DNA of 64,000 bases from the human T2T-CHM13v2.0 reference genome, Homo sapiens. Below the pieces are notes generated by a model. The model made no database searches. It was not told where the DNA came from and was given only the letters and a program-made list of their open reading frames with translations. Made by a program: the position numbers and the translations under genes. This document shows positions 1 to 17,245 of the stretch, in pieces. Position 1 is the first letter of the stretch. Each line of letters opens with the position of its first letter. The stretch lies in NCBI RefSeq assembly GCF_009914755.1, contig NC_060928.1; one strand, 5' to 3'.

Positions 1-59
1 CCAAAAACGCATCTGTACATCACCATCGTCAAAGACCAAAAGTAGATAAAACCACAAAG

Positions 60-1075
60 ATGGGGAAAAAACAGAGCAGAAAAACTGGAAACTCTAAAAA
101 GCAGAGCACCTCTCCTCCTCCAAAGGAACGCAGTTCCTCATGAGCAATGGAACAAAGCTGGACGGAGAATGACTTTGACGAGTTGAGAGAAGAAGGCTTC
201 AGACAATCAAACTACTCCGAGCTACCGGAGGAAATTCAAACCAAAGGCAAAGAAGTTGAAAACTTTGAAAAAAATTTAGACAAATGTATAACTAGAATAA
301 CCAATACAGAGAAGTGCTTAAAGGAGCTGATGGAGCTGAAAGCCAAGGCTCGAGAACTACGTGAAGAATGCAGAAGCCTCAGGAGCTGATGCAATCAACT
401 GGAAGAAAGGGTATCAGTGATGGAAGATGAAATGAATGAAATGAAGCGAGAAGGGAAGTTTAGAGAAAAAAGAACAAAAAGAAACGAACAAAGCCTCCAA
501 GAAATATGGGACTATGTGAAAAGACCAAATCTACATCTGATTGGTGTACCTGAAAGTGATGGGGAGAATGGAACCAAGCTGGAAAACACTCTGCAGGATA
601 TTATCCAGGAGAACTTCCCCAATCTAGCAAGGCAGGCCAACATTCAGATTCAGGAAATACAGAGAACGCCACAAAGATACTCCTCGAGTAGAGCAATTCC
701 AAGACACATATTGTCAGATTCAGCAAAGTTGAAATGAAGGAAACAATGTTAAGGGCAGCCAGAGAGAAAGGTCGGGTTACCCACAATGGGAAGCCCATCA
801 GACTAACAGTGGATCTCTCAGCAGAAACTCTACAAGCCAGAAGAGAGTGGGGGCCAATATTCAACATTCTTAAAGAAAAGAATTTTCAACCCAGAATTTC
901 ATATCCAGCCAAACTAAGCTTCATAAGTAAAGGAGAAATAAAATACTTTACAGACAAGCAAATGCTGAGAGATTTTGTCACCACCAGGCCTGCCCTACAA
1001 GAGCTCCTGAAGGAAGCACTAAATATGGAAAGGAACAACCAGTACCAGCCACTGCAAAATCATGCCAAATTGTAA
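60..1075 (+). pseudogene. L1 ORF1p, disrupted
   Basis: ATG at 60 (MGKKQ...). In-frame TGA at 141 and 387 and a frameshift near 710. The fragments (ORFs 147, 417, 734) carry RPNLHLIGVPE, REKG and YPAKLS motifs. Confidence 0.93.
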
Positions 1076-1138
1076 AGACCATCAAGGCTAGGAAGAAACT
1101 GCATCAACTAATGAGCAAAATAACCAGCTAACATCATA

Positions 1139-4962
<3,824 letters not shown>

Positions 4963-5274
4963 ACAATGAGAACACATGGACATAGGAAGGGGAACATCAC
5001 ACTCTGGGGACTGATGTGGGGTGGGGCGAGGGGGGAGGGATAGCTTTAGGAGATATACCTAATGCTAAATGATGAGTTAGTTAATGGGTGCAGCACACCA
5101 GCATGGCACATGTGTACATATGTAACTAACCCGCACATTGTGCACATGTACCCTAAAACTTAAAGTATAATAATAATAAAATAAAATAAAAAGAACAACT
5201 ACTGCAGTGAGCTGAGAGGCATGCAGCTTTTTATTATCTAAAGGTCATTTATTCCATTATCTATTTATTCTTCC

Positions 5275-5365
5275 AGTCCACAGATATTTATTGAGCACTT
5301 CCTATGTGCCAGGCACTGGGTTAGGGGCTGGGAAACAATGATGACCAGCATAGACATGTTCTTTT
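5275..5365 (-). mobile_element. L2 3'-end relic
   Basis: TATTTATTGAGCACTTCCTATGTGCCAGGCACTG, a typical L2 terminal motif. Confidence 0.6.
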
Positions 5366-6099
5366 GGAACCTATATTTCACAAAGAGAGAGAAACTTTCC
5401 TGTCTCTGAAGGGTAGTGTCGTCAATGGAACAGAGATCTTCTACAACTCTTCATTTGTCTTATAAATCCTAGAAAAAGCAATGGGTAGTATGTTAAGTGA
5501 AAGAATTCGGCATAAGGTTTAAAAATAAAGTCCATTAATGTCAAATTTTAAATAGAGATAATGAAGTTTGGATAATATAAATTTATTGTTCAATAGAAAT
5601 GTGAATGAGTAATACATTCTTTGTGAATTCCATATGTATGTTAACTGTATTTGTGTTTTGATAATAGTAATGCATTTGGCCATTTTAAAATATTTCTTTT
5701 TTTAAAATTAAGAAATGTGAGTACATTTCTAACATTTTGAAAATGAGAGAAGAAAACTTCCCTTTAAGACCTTGACCTGACCTAACGATTATTAACATTT
5801 ACATCTCATTCTAGTTTTTTAAGTTGGCGTACTTTACATACCGTAATCACACCTTACATAAAATTGTTATTAAATTGTTTTTACAAAGCATTACATCGTA
5901 AACATTTTTCGTGATATATAGTCTTCATGAGCATAATTTATTTAGCTATCTCATATTATACTTTTTGTTATTTCCAGTTTTTTCTTCTTACAAATAACAC
6001 CAGGGTGGACATGATCATCATATAAACATTTCTCTGTTTTTAAACTCTTTGTTTGGAATAGCTCCCCAAGAAGGGTTTCTTTTAGTTTGGGGGCTGAGA

Positions 6100-6542
6100 T
6101 GTATAAGTTTCCTAGAGCTGCCATAACAAAATACTGCACACTGAGTGGCTTAAAATAACAGAAAAATTTATTTTCTCATGGTTCTGGAGGCTAGAAGTCT
6201 GAAATCAAGGTTTTGGTAGAGTTGGTTCTTTCTGGGGGCTCTGAGGAGGAGTTTGATCTGTGCCTCTCTCCAAGCTTCTGGTGGTTACCAAAAATCCTTG
6301 GTGTTCCTTGGCTTGTAGATGCATCACTCCAGTCTTTGTCTGCGTCTTCACATAATGTTCTATTTTATGCATCTTTACATAAGGACATCAGTCACTGGAT
6401 TTAGGGATCACTCTAATCCTGTATGACCTTATCTGAACCAATTATATCTGCAAAATCCTATTTCCAAATAACATCACTTTCACAGATATCGGGGTTAGGA
6501 TTCCAACGTATCTTTTAAGGGGACACAATTCAACCAATAGTA
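6100..6542 (-). mobile_element. MaLR solo LTR (MLT1B/C-like)
   Basis: TGTATAAGTTTCCTAGAGCTGCCATAACAAA start, GTTCTGGAGGCTAGAAGTCTGAAATCAAGG core, GGGGACACAATTCAACC end. Confidence 0.85.
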
Positions 6543-7669
6543 GGTATCTAATTATTACTGACATATATTGTCAAAATTTCTCTCTAAAAGACCTGTACTT
6601 ATATGAAATATGCCAGAAGAGTATGAGAGTGGTTTTATTTTATGTGTTTATTATGCCTAAAATAGTTATGTTTTACTGGTGAAATGACCCTTTTATCATC
6701 TTGTAGTGACTCCCTTCCTCTCAAGTAATGTTTTGCATCTGGGACTAACACTGCTAACAGTATTCTCATGGTGAGATGATATACAGGTTTTCACAGGCTG
6801 TTCAGAGTGTGGGGAAAACTGGCAGAAAGGCACTGCATTATTTGAGTTCTTACAAGTTGCAAATAGCATGTGTCAGTTACCTAAGGAGAAAAGAGATTCT
6901 TATAAGAACATGTGGCAAATCTGGAGCATTCAGACACAGCAGTCTCTTGAAGACTGGTTCAAGAGAACCAGTGTTTCATTCTGGAAACAACTGCCGTTAC
7001 TCAGTCAGACATCCAGAACAACAGGCACAGCAAGCACATTCAGGATATAGTGCTGCTGCAGTGGCTGCCAATTTTACTTTTTTTTCTCTAAGTAGCAGGT
7101 ATTGGCTGCTCCCTACTAGACTGCTCCACCATTGTGGGAACTCAGCTGCATCTTGTTGGTGCTTTCATTACTTTTGCTGCTAACAATAATTGACCCTAAT
7201 TTCCTTATAGCTTTTGTTTACTCACGGCTTCAGCTCTACTGTGGCTTTTGTTATCGCCTCCTGTTTGTGTCTCTTGGCTTCTGTCCACACTCTTGGCTGC
7301 TGATACTGATGCTGAGTGTTCTACCTTCAAACTCCCCAAGAGAGTTGGCTCAGCCTAGATTGGGCCATATTTTCCCCTGCTGAGCACACTGGTAGATTAA
7401 GTAGAGCTGCTCATATGATAGGCCTCACGGGTAAGGGATAGTCTATTGTTGGCTATATTTGAATCTGGTGGCTCTCCCTGATGCAATCAACTGTAACCAT
7501 GGTGGTGGTCCTGTGTTAATACATATGGCAACTCAGGCTAATAGTCCTCTCTGAGTGTGGTGGCAGAAACTCTGAGGCTTTCCCAAGTGGGTCAGTGCAT
7601 CTGGCAGGCATCTGGTGTGGTCTGTCTATTGCCAGCACTTGGCTCAACCCTGAGAAGACTACCAGGAGG

Positions 7670-8255
7670 AGATGCTAATAGGGCAGTAAGAGTTGATTAA
7701 GGAGGGAGAATACCAAGCAGAGGTTACAGCTCGAATAAAGGCACAGATACATGAAACATGATGGCACATGTGGGAAACAAGTAGTTCAGTGTTACTAGAA
7801 TACAAATGTGGAGGAAAAACAGTGTAGGATATGTAGGAACCAGTTTGTGAAAGTTTGGGCTTTTGGTAAATGGAAGTCGCTGAAACATTTTTGTTTTAAG
7901 TTGAGAAAGAGAATAACCTCTAATTCAAGTATAAAAACCTAGGCTTAAAGGGAGCAGAACTAGCAGCATATTAACTGGTTGGGAAGCTATCAAAATAGCC
8001 ATAAAAGAGATAGGAAAGTGGCAAGAGAGACGGAGAACAGGGAACATATTTGAGGAATATTTGGAAGATAAACTGGCAAAACTTGATAAAATAACTGCTA
8101 TAGACAGTGATTGTCCAGTGAGTTCGGAATGACTCCCAGGATTCTGGCATGGGCAATGGATGAGTGGTGCCCCTTTAACTGAAGTTTAAGAACACTGGAC
8201 AAAAGGCAGCCTTGGAAGAAAAGGTACGAATTCAGTTTTGGACATGTTGAGTTTC
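7670..8255 (-). mobile_element. L2 fragment
   Basis: GAATGACTCCCAGG..TCTGGC..GGGCAA and TTCAGTTTTGGACATGTTGAG motifs; boundaries approximate. Confidence 0.6.
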
Positions 8256-8327
8256 ACATACCCCAAGTGCACACATTTGGATATATGCATTTAAGTTCAG
8301 GTGTCATTTCTTCAAAGAAGGTTTCTC

Positions 8328-8462
8328 TTTTTTTCTCCAAATCTATTGAAGTATAATTGACAAATAAAAATTGTATACATTTATGGCATACAATATGGTA
8401 ATTTGATATATGTACACACTCTAAAATGATTACCACAATCGAACCAATTAACCTATCCAACA
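8328..8462 (-). mobile_element. L1MA/L1MB 3'-end fragment
   Basis: TTGAAGTATAATTGACAAATAAAAATTGTATACATTTA...ATGATTACCACAATC. Confidence 0.7.
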
Positions 8463-8532
8463 AAGAAAGCTTCTCTAACCAGATAGATATAGGGTTCCCA
8501 TCTCAGAGCACCCTATACTATTCTATACTGTT

Positions 8533-8612
8533 CAGTTAATCACACAATGGGTTACTTACCTTAAATTGTGATGGTACGATTTAAAGTAAGCAACCCATTG
8601 TATGATTAACTG
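8533..8612. repeat. 80-bp inverted repeat (37-bp arms, 4 mismatches, 6-nt loop)
   Basis: Left arm CAGTTAATCACACAATGGGTTACTTACCTTAAATTGT; reverse complement of right arm CAGTTAATCATACAATGGGTTGCTTACTTTAAATCGT. Confidence 0.95.
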
Positions 8613-8814
8613 TTTAATGTAACCTTCAGGAGAACAGGTGCTGCTGTTTCCCTGGCCAGAGCCCCCTCCACACTAGGTGCTCAGTAAATATCTACTGAAC
8701 AAATGCTAGGTTCTCCTCAATAATCTAAGAGTTATTATCCCACGTCTTACATATGTAGAGCTGGCAGTTCTGAAAAATAAAGTGCATTGTGCAAGATCAC
8801 ATGATAAGTGAGCG

Positions 8815-8945
8815 CTGGGTTGCCAGATTTAGCACTTTAAAATATAGGATGGCTAGTTAAAATTGAGTTTTAATTAAATAACAAATACTTCTTTAGTATA
8901 AGTATGTCCAAAATATTGTATAGAATATAGTTATATGGCCCTAAA
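8815..8945 (+). mobile_element. MER53-like hAT MITE, internally deleted, within a MIR
   Basis: GGGTTGCCAGATTTAGCA terminus and TAGTATAAGTATGTCC centre match the remembered MER53 consensus. Confidence 0.75.
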
Positions 8946-9166
8946 TAAGTGAGATTTGATTCAGAATCATGTTACCACCAAAGTCCATCTGTTTCTATGC
9001 TGCCACTAAGATGGAATGACACTCCTATCCTGAAAGTCACTGGGGGAATAATATCAGCCGTAATCCTCTTCTTCATTACTACAAGTTTTTGTTTTATTTT
9101 GTTTCATGTTGTTTTATTTTTAAATTCCTGCTTTGATGAAAAATAAGTCCGCTTATCCTGACTTAT

Positions 9167-9244
9167 AAGCAGATATTTCTAAAGGTTGACATTTTCACAT
9201 GGTAGAAAACTTTGGGGCAGAGAGATCTGGTAAAACCTTGAGCC
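9167..9244 (+). repeat. Dispersed direct repeat, copy 1 (copy 2 at 10234-10309)
   Basis: Shared core AAAGGTTGACATTT(T/C)CACATGGTAGAAAACTTTGGG and shared tail AACCTTGAGCC. Confidence 0.9.
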
Positions 9245-9709
9245 AGCAACTGATTTCAAAAGTTTTGTTGGAGTTTTTCAAGGATGCCTACCTCCAAATG
9301 TGGAGGTAAACTAAAACTACTTGGACTTTCTCCAGTATCAGGCAGGAAAATGAGTTAAAGGACTCTCCCTGGGTAGAAAGGCTCCCAACCCACTTCTGTG
9401 GTATTTTGAGCCACTCAGGAACTGTGGCCCCTATCAGATGACTATATACGTCAAAGACAATGCTTTATAGTTTATGAGTTTCCTCACGGATGTTCTGAAT
9501 TGTTCTGGAAACAAGATAACAATGTGGTTCTAGCAATTTTCATGAGCAATCTTTAGGGCTGTCCTGTGTGGTTAATTTGATCTGTGGAGCTGCTGCGTTA
9601 TGGGTAATTTTGAAACACAGGTTTGCTTATCTGTCTATCTGCCCAAGGTGACAACATTTAGTCAGTGGTTCAAGTACCAGGCTTTGCTTGAGGGACTTAG
9701 AAAGGTTAT

Positions 9710-9752
9710 TTCTCTCTCTGTCTCTCTCTCTCTCTGTATGTATGTATTTATA
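9710..9752. repeat. (TC)n/(TATG)n microsatellite
   Basis: Read directly. Confidence 0.8.
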
Positions 9753-10233
9753 TGGAGACACAAGTAAGCTGTTTCCTAAAACATTAATAGTGATTTTCTT
9801 CTAAACGGTATGATTTGGAAATAATTTTTACTTTTCCTTTATATCTTTTTATATTTTTCTGAATTTTTGACGTAAGTAGTATTGCTACTTCTGTAATAAC
9901 AACAATAATGACTATTTTCTTTCTGAGAGATAAAAAGTTTCAGCCTTCCCTTCGGGGACCATGTTTGTCCTTATATCTGATACTCTTCTATTTCTTCTTC
10001 CTATTCTTCACTTATAACAGAAAGATAAAAGAGAAATAAGAATAGAATCTTCTAAAAGTTTATTCAGTAAAGACAATAAAGACGCAAAAATAAAAATGAA
10101 TAACAGCCCTTTAAAAAGTAAAATATAATACTGGTCAAAATCACAAAGAGAAATGTCCTTTGGTTTAAATTATAACCAATGAAAACATGTAAACTCAGTA
10201 TATGATGTACAGACTCTTTTCAGAGAAATTTGC

Positions 10234-10309
10234 AAGCAAATGTTTTCAAAGGTTGACATTTCCACATGGTAGAAAACTTTGGGAATAGCACCTGCTAGAA
10301 CCTTGAGCC
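10234..10309 (+). repeat. Dispersed direct repeat, copy 2
   Basis: See 9167-9244. Confidence 0.9.
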
Positions 10310-11074
10310 TCAGGCATTAGTACAGATTACCATAGATGAGACAAAGCAATCATCATCATTCAGTTCCTAGTGTTTGATTCTTACCCAACAATATATGCCC
10401 ACTTTCCAGATTAATTTCTCCTCCCTGCAGCACCCAAGCATCTGCTATCATTTCCAGGAATTCCTGTCAAATAGTCTTTGAAACATATTTGTCTATAGAA
10501 AACAAATAGAATACAGAAGGCCTGCTGGGGTTCCAAAGAACAAACATTTCAACTTCATCTATATTTTAGGCTTTGGGTCCCCAGCCCAGACTGGGGTGCA
10601 CAAGTAGAGTCCCAGTAACAGTCACAGAAAACAGTATTTCTCTTGTGCTCCTACCTGCTTTGCAGAAATTCCTCCCAGTTAATTCTGACAGGCCAGGCAA
10701 GAGGTCATGTGTGCTTGCTAATTCACTCTCTGCTTCTTCTTACTACTTACCATTTCTGTTCTCTTTGGCTCACTATGGTGATGCCCTGAAGCTGTGGATA
10801 TTGTCAAGGCCCTGTTGCTTCCACCAAAGCATTCGATGTCAGACAAAACTCTCCTCTCCCATTTTTTTCTGGAAAGCATTGTCTTAGGTTTCTTAAGGTC
10901 TACCAAGTTGGGTAAAACAACTCTCTTAGTTTTTATTCACACTTTATTGTAGCCCCTTCTGCCTGCTGCCCTAGAATTAAATCCATGGAGGTTGGACTGA
11001 AGGACATTCTGAGTGGCAAACCCTTTCGTCTACTCCCTCCCTTGACCTTCCACTTTTTTCCTTTGTTTTGTCTT

Positions 11075-11214
11075 TTGTTTGTTTGTTTGTTTGTTTATTT
11101 ATTTAAGACAGAGTCTCATTACATTGCCTCAGCTGATCTCCAACTCTGGGCTTCAAGCAATCCTCCCTCCTGCCTCAGTGTTGGGATTATGGGCATGAGC
11201 CCCCACACATAGTC
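11075..11214 (-). mobile_element. Alu monomer (FLAM-like) with (AAAC)n tail
   Basis: AGACAGAGTCTCA...TCAAGCAATCCTCCC...GGGATTATGGGCATGAGCC. Confidence 0.75.
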
Positions 11215-11990
11215 TCATCTTTTGTTCTTGAACCAAACTTGAGGATATGGAATTGTGTATGTTTGGATGAGGTCTTTCTTCCCAGAAGGCTCTTCAGTCC
11301 TTTAGGCAAATAAGCCCATTTCAGGCCACCCTGTTGGCCTTCAAGACAGGCTCAGACATACCTGAATTCCAAGATGAATGTATCGTAAGGCCAAATCCAC
11401 TCGGCTTTACATGAATTTAGATTTGGTGTTCTAGTTATAACAAAATGCTTAATGGGGTAGAGATGTAGGAACTTCAGGCAGCACATGAAGCAGCCAACAC
11501 TTCCCTGGCATAGGTGGGCACAAGGGATTGTGTTTTTCAAAATAGCCATTCGCATGAACTCCACATAGTTATGCAAACAAAAGGTACATAGGCACCCATT
11601 ACCCCAGCAGATGGGTGAACAGAATCTTAATGTGACATGACCACGAGACTCCCCCAACAACTCCTGATGTACATAGCTGGTTGCTTGAGAAGAAGTAGGT
11701 AAGTTTGCATAAATGCCTCCTGGGAGAGTCTTTTTAAATTTGGTGTCATTAGACCCTTTCTGGTGCATTGGGATGACTCTGGCTGAGATTTTCTTGCAGT
11801 TTGAAGGAATAACTGGACCCAGAGAGGAGCACATTATAAGAGATGAGGAGCCTACTCTGATAGGTTCATGGGGCAAGGAGGAGATCTGTACCATGTGGCT
11901 AAGGCTGAACAGCCTTCCCAGTGAGCCCCTCTGACCTTGAACTCAGCCTTTGGAATGTCTGTGAACATGTGAACCAGCCACCTCTCTCCT

Positions 11991-12391
11991 TGTCTTAGTC
12001 TATTTTGTGCTTCTATAGCAGAATGCCTGAGACTCAGTAATTTTAAAAGAACATAAGTGTATTTCTCACAGGACTGGAGGCTGAGAGTCCAAGATTAGAG
12101 AACCAGCAGGTTCAGGGTCTGGAGAATGCCCAGTCTCTGCTTCCAAGGTGTCTCTTTGAATGCTGCATCCTCCAGAGGGAAGGAATGCTGTGTCCTCACA
12201 TGGCCGAAGGCAGAAGGGCAAAAAAGGAACAAACTCTCTGTCAAGCCCTTTTATAATGGTATCAATCTATTCCCAAGGGTAGAACCCTCATGACCTAAAT
12301 ACCCCGTAAAAGTCTCCACCTCCCAACACTGTTGCATTGGAGATTAAGTGTCCAACACATGAATTATGGGGAAAGCATTCAGATTGTAGTA
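11991..12391 (-). mobile_element. MaLR solo LTR (MST/MLT1A-like)
   Basis: TGTCTTAGTC start, MaLR core motifs, and a perfect 5-bp TSD CTCCT (11986-11990, 12392-12396). Confidence 0.9.
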
Positions 12392-14784
12392 CTCCTTAAA
12401 GCCCCGTGTGGCAATACTGAGGCCTGGGCAGGGTCTGGAAAGCAAGAGCATCAGCCCAGCAGGAGACAATGTTCGTTGACCTGTGAGGGACCGATGGCAA
12501 CAACGAAAACGAGTCTCTGCTACCTGGTGATTGGAATCAAGACAGACTTCTTTGAACTGAGTAGTCACCTGACTTTCTTGGCAATTCATACGGGCTATGG
12601 ACTTGGGAAGTGGAAGAGGCTCAAGATTGAGTCATTGGACTTGCTGAAAACTTGAAGGTGAGGCTAAAACAATTAACTGCTAAACTAGGAGCACTGTGAC
12701 TGCTTTTGAGCCCGTAAACTGATAAAGCCAATCATATGAGTTACATGGGAACAAAGAAAGGGCTCACTCACCTTTTGTAGTTTTAAGATTATTGCCCACT
12801 ATAATTATAATTTAGGGCTCAAAGGAGGTGGTAGATTCATATTTTTATCTTTAATTTCTAAAATATTACATAATTCTGGGTTTTAGGAGTTAACATAGTT
12901 GTGTGCCCTCCCCTGGTCTCTTTAATAAACCAAACCCATCCACTCAGATCTTTAGAATTAACCCAGATCATCTCCTCTTTGTCTGGGGTGTCATTCACCA
13001 GTTCTTGCCCTGTGATTCTTGGTTCTTTGATCTGAGTCCATCTTCAGACCTCTCCCTATTTTCCCAGCCCACTTGTACTGACCATCTCTTCTGGGCTGGA
13101 TTTTTTAGCCACACAGAGATACTCTTTTTCCAGCCAGGCCTTTGGTAAATGCCCAGCTTTTTCCTGCCTTCAGCACCCTCCTTGTTAGTGGAGGGGCATC
13201 AGCCAGAGCACTGGGAATCAGAAGCCAAAGTGTTCACTCAGGCAACATGAATCCCTGCCTGCGGGCTCATCTTTTTGAGCTATTTCAAACTCTGTTTTTT
13301 CACCTATGAAATGTGGATAGTGAACTGTATGGTCTCACTATATGTTATGAATTAAGAAACAAACATTATTTTTGGTGCTGCATAGTATTTATAATAATAT
13401 TGAGATACACAAACAAACAAAAAAAGTTTCCTTCAAATCAAATGTGAATTTTTGCCCTGGAGCATTTCTAGAGCATTCAAAGTTCTCAGTTTTTGACAGG
13501 ATCATAATGATGTGGAATTTTTAAAAAGTTAAAACCCCTGAAAAAATGGAAAACTTTAACCAGTTACACAGCATTGTCGCAAACATTGGTATGTATTTTC
13601 CCTTCCGAACAGGGAAAGATGAAGGGTGATTACAGAGTTGATATAATGGAAAGACATGCTACAATCCTGGCATTAATATTACCTTAAAAGACTGGAGTTT
13701 TTATTCACATCAAGTTGAAAATATAAGCAAAAGCAATGGAGAAATTTGCCCAAGACTTGGTCTTCCCACCTTTATTCAAATTATCCTCTTTCTTACTTTC
13801 CATATCTTAACAAGGGAAAAACTGAAAGTAAGGGAGGTGTGCGCATCACAGTGATTGCAGTCATACCTTCCATCACCGAAAATGAGAACGAGCAAGCAAT
13901 TTGTTTTTCCATATGCAGAAATTGTATTTTTTTAAAAAGCTCAAATTTTAATGGCATTAAGATTGAAAGCAATCAACAAAGGCAACAAAATTCACTGTGA
14001 AGGAAATGAAATTCCTTCTTAAATGACAAACCCAAGAAAACATAGTGTAACAATTTGATCATATCAGGAATCCCCTGCCCATACTCAAAAACAATCTTTT
14101 TTCCTGGTAACACGTCTTTTTACTCAGGCAAAGAATCATCTCATACACACAATCATGAAGAGATTTTTTTTAAATCAAATTCTTAAGAGGCTTATTAAGT
14201 GGGGTTGTTTGTATCTTTCTTAGAGGTTCTTGTGATAAGAATTATCAAACTACAAAAACTTTCTAAGATTTCAAACCTGAAAAGATGAAAGAAAAAAATT
14301 TCTTTTTGGTTAGTCAGTAAATACAGGTCTACTTTTTATCTGTAGTGAAATCTCGATGAGTAAACTGAAAGGAAGATTGGGTTGGGGATTATGCAAACAT
14401 GGTTTCTTCCTCTCTACTTCTCTACCCTGCCCTGTCTGCAGAGAGAGGAACTTTTGCATTTCTGTGTTTCAGTCCTTCATTTCCAGAGCATTGCTAATTC
14501 AGTCCTGGGCAATTCTAGCATTTCATTGTATAAAGTCTTCAATTGAGTGAACCTGTTCAAGGTTTCTTAGAGTCAGCCTGTAAAAGCAGAGTCTCCAAAC
14601 TGAAAAATATTATAATACTCACTGGTCATTCTAACAGGAATCATTCGGGGGTATGTGGCCATAACTACCAAGACATATTTTTCAGGCATCCATTTACATA
14701 TAAAACTGAACTCAATAAAATAGTGAATAGCATAGGCACAGTCCTAACCCTAGGAGGCACAGTTAATAGCAATAGTGATGATAA

Positions 14785-14950
14785 CAGCAACTAACACTTA
14801 GCAGGTACTTACCATATGCCAGGCATTTATATTCTCATTTAATCCTTATAGCCACCCTCATAATTAGATATTACTATGGCCATTTTATAAACAAACAAAC
14901 AGAAAAACCATTAAGCAATTTGCCCAAGAAGACTAAGTGAAGGTTGAGTG
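14785..14950 (-). mobile_element. MIR
   Basis: TACTTACCATATGCCAGGCA..CTCATTTAATCCT..TTAAGCAATTTGCCCAAG core. Confidence 0.65.
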
Positions 14951-15299
14951 TATAAGACTAGAGACACCTTCTTCCCCACCTGTCTGCTTGATTCACTATG
15001 TAAGTGAATGGGGTCCTTGGATGGAGGGCAAAATAGAGAAAGTAATAGAATCTGTGCTCTAGATGGTCTAGAATACAGTCTCCTGGAATAGCTCCCTAGA
15101 AGCAGTAAGGAGGAAGCAGATACTAAAGGAATCATAAAATATCTATATGGTTGGGTCATTTTATTTGTAGGACAAAAAGAAATATATCCTAGTTAAAAAT
15201 TCAAGCAAGGCAATGTATGTATGTAAGGCTTATATATGTATAAGCATATATAAAAGAGTCCAATCAGAGAAGATTGCTGTTAATGGTTTATGTGTATTC

Positions 15300-16430
15300 T
15301 AGATTTTTCCCACATATTAATATATAATTATTTTTAAATGGGATTATAAAATACACACATATATCTCATCTAATAATATGCTATATACTTTTTTCCATGA
15401 CTCCTTAGTATCTCATATGGCTATACCATAATTTATTAAGTATTTCTATTGTCTTGAACATTTAAATTTGTTTTTAAGCTTTCATTATTACAAATATTCT
15501 ACAACAAATACTTTTATGCACACATTTTTGCAATGTGTAAACCAAATCCCTGGAAGTGGAATCATCAGATTTTTTAAAAAGGCATATTAAAAATTATAAG
15601 TGGCTATTGTCAAATGCCCTACAAAAAGGTTGTACCATTTTATATTTCCACCATCATGTATAAGAGTGTCTGTTCTCCTACACCTTTCCCAACACTGGAT
15701 ATTATTGATGTTTTTAACAGTTGCTGATAAGATGGGCAAAAATTGTGTCTTGTTATTTTGATTTGAATTTTTTTCTTTTTTTCTTTTTTTTTTTTTTTTT
15801 TGAGACAGAGTCTCACTCTACTGCCTAAGTTGGAGTGCAGTGGTGTGATCATGGCTTGCTACAGCCTCAAACTCCTGGGCTCAAGCCATCCTCCTGCCTC
15901 AGCCTTCTGAGTAGCTGAGACTATAGGGGGACTCCACCATGCCCAGCTAAATTTTAGATTTTTTTGTAGTGACAGGGTCTCGCTTTGCTGCCTATGAATT
16001 TTTTTCATTGTTAGGGAGTTAAAATGTCATTTTATATGTTTATTTGGAACTTGCGTTTTTTGTCTACGAATTCTTAAGTCTACTTTTTCTATTGGGAATT
16101 TAATCATTCTTATGGATTTTACTGAGTTTTCTTGTATATTAGGGATATTTGAGCATTTGTCTACTATATATACTATGAATTTTTTTTTCTAATTTGTCTT
16201 TAGGCTTCCTCCTCTTACTTCTCCTCCTCCCTTTCCTTCTTCTCACTCTCTTTTTCTGTCTCTTTTGCTATTTATATTTTTAAATTTTTATGTAAAAAGT
16301 TTTTTACAGATTTTGGACTTCATGTATTAGAAAGATATTTTATCTCCCAAGAGTATGCAAATAGCAACTCATGGCTTTCTTCTGGTACTTGAATGGTTTT
16401 TTTTCATATTTACATATTTGATCTAACTTG
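15300..16430 (-). mobile_element. Old L1M (L1ME-like) 3' region, interrupted by an Alu
   Basis: Degenerate antisense L1 3' motifs (CCTGGAAGTGGAAT, AAAGGTTGTACCATTTTATATTTCCACCA); boundaries approximate. Confidence 0.55.
15769..15992 (-). mobile_element. AluJ, 5'-truncated
   Basis: Poly-T, full right arm and partial left arm; TSD-like TGAATTTTTT on both sides. Confidence 0.88.
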
Positions 16431-16619
16431 CATCATTTCATAAAAGCTAGAAATCCAGGTTTTCATATGAAAACTTCTGTTTGGAAATGTCTGCTTTTTA
16501 AATATAATTTTAAAGAATAAGCCAAATAAAATAAATGTGATAGCCAGATTTAGCCATGGGCTGCTGGTTTGTGACTTCTAGTTACAAAGATTCCACATAA
16601 GAAATTAAACAAGACTTAA

Positions 16620-16888
<269 letters not shown>

Positions 16889-17014
16889 CTATACTGTTTC
16901 TATTAAAAAATTAAACAGGCCATATTACTGATGGATAAAAGGAGTACATATAGTGTGTAATTAAATGCAGGAAAAATTGTGCAGCGACCCTCTTGAAGAT
17001 AATAACGTTTTAGC

Positions 17015-17170
17015 TTTATCTCTTGAGGAAGATTACTTAACCTCTCTCTGTTTTCCCATCTGCAAAATGGAGGTAATAATACATTTGGAGGAACATTGTG
17101 TTTTGGGCTTGTATGGGGGTCTGGCCAATGAAATAAATCATTAAGTGTAGCTATTATGAGGAGTTTTAGG
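17015..17170 (+). mobile_element. MIR
   Basis: TTACTTAACCTCTCT..TTTCCCATCTGCAAAATGG core. Confidence 0.6.
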
Positions 17171-17206
17171 GAATTATAAATGTGATATCTACCACTCCCA
17201 GTCATC

Positions 17207-17209
17207 TTT

Positions 17210-17245
<36 letters not shown>

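Noticed and set aside
6776-7383. Overlapping 135/60/83-aa ORFs
   Set aside because: No recognisable domain; the region looks like a decayed old MaLR LTR that I cannot name confidently.
11352-11894. 180-aa minus-strand ORF, the longest outside obvious TEs
   Set aside because: No recognisable motif and no supporting promoter or splice structure; the length is compatible with chance in 64 kb across six frames.
12766-12860. Consensus minus-strand splice donor (AG|GTGAGT); similar single sites at 13596-13611 (acceptor-like) and ~44594
   Set aside because: A few such motifs are expected by chance, and no consistent exon chain or coding frame could be built. lncRNA exons cannot be excluded without RNA data.
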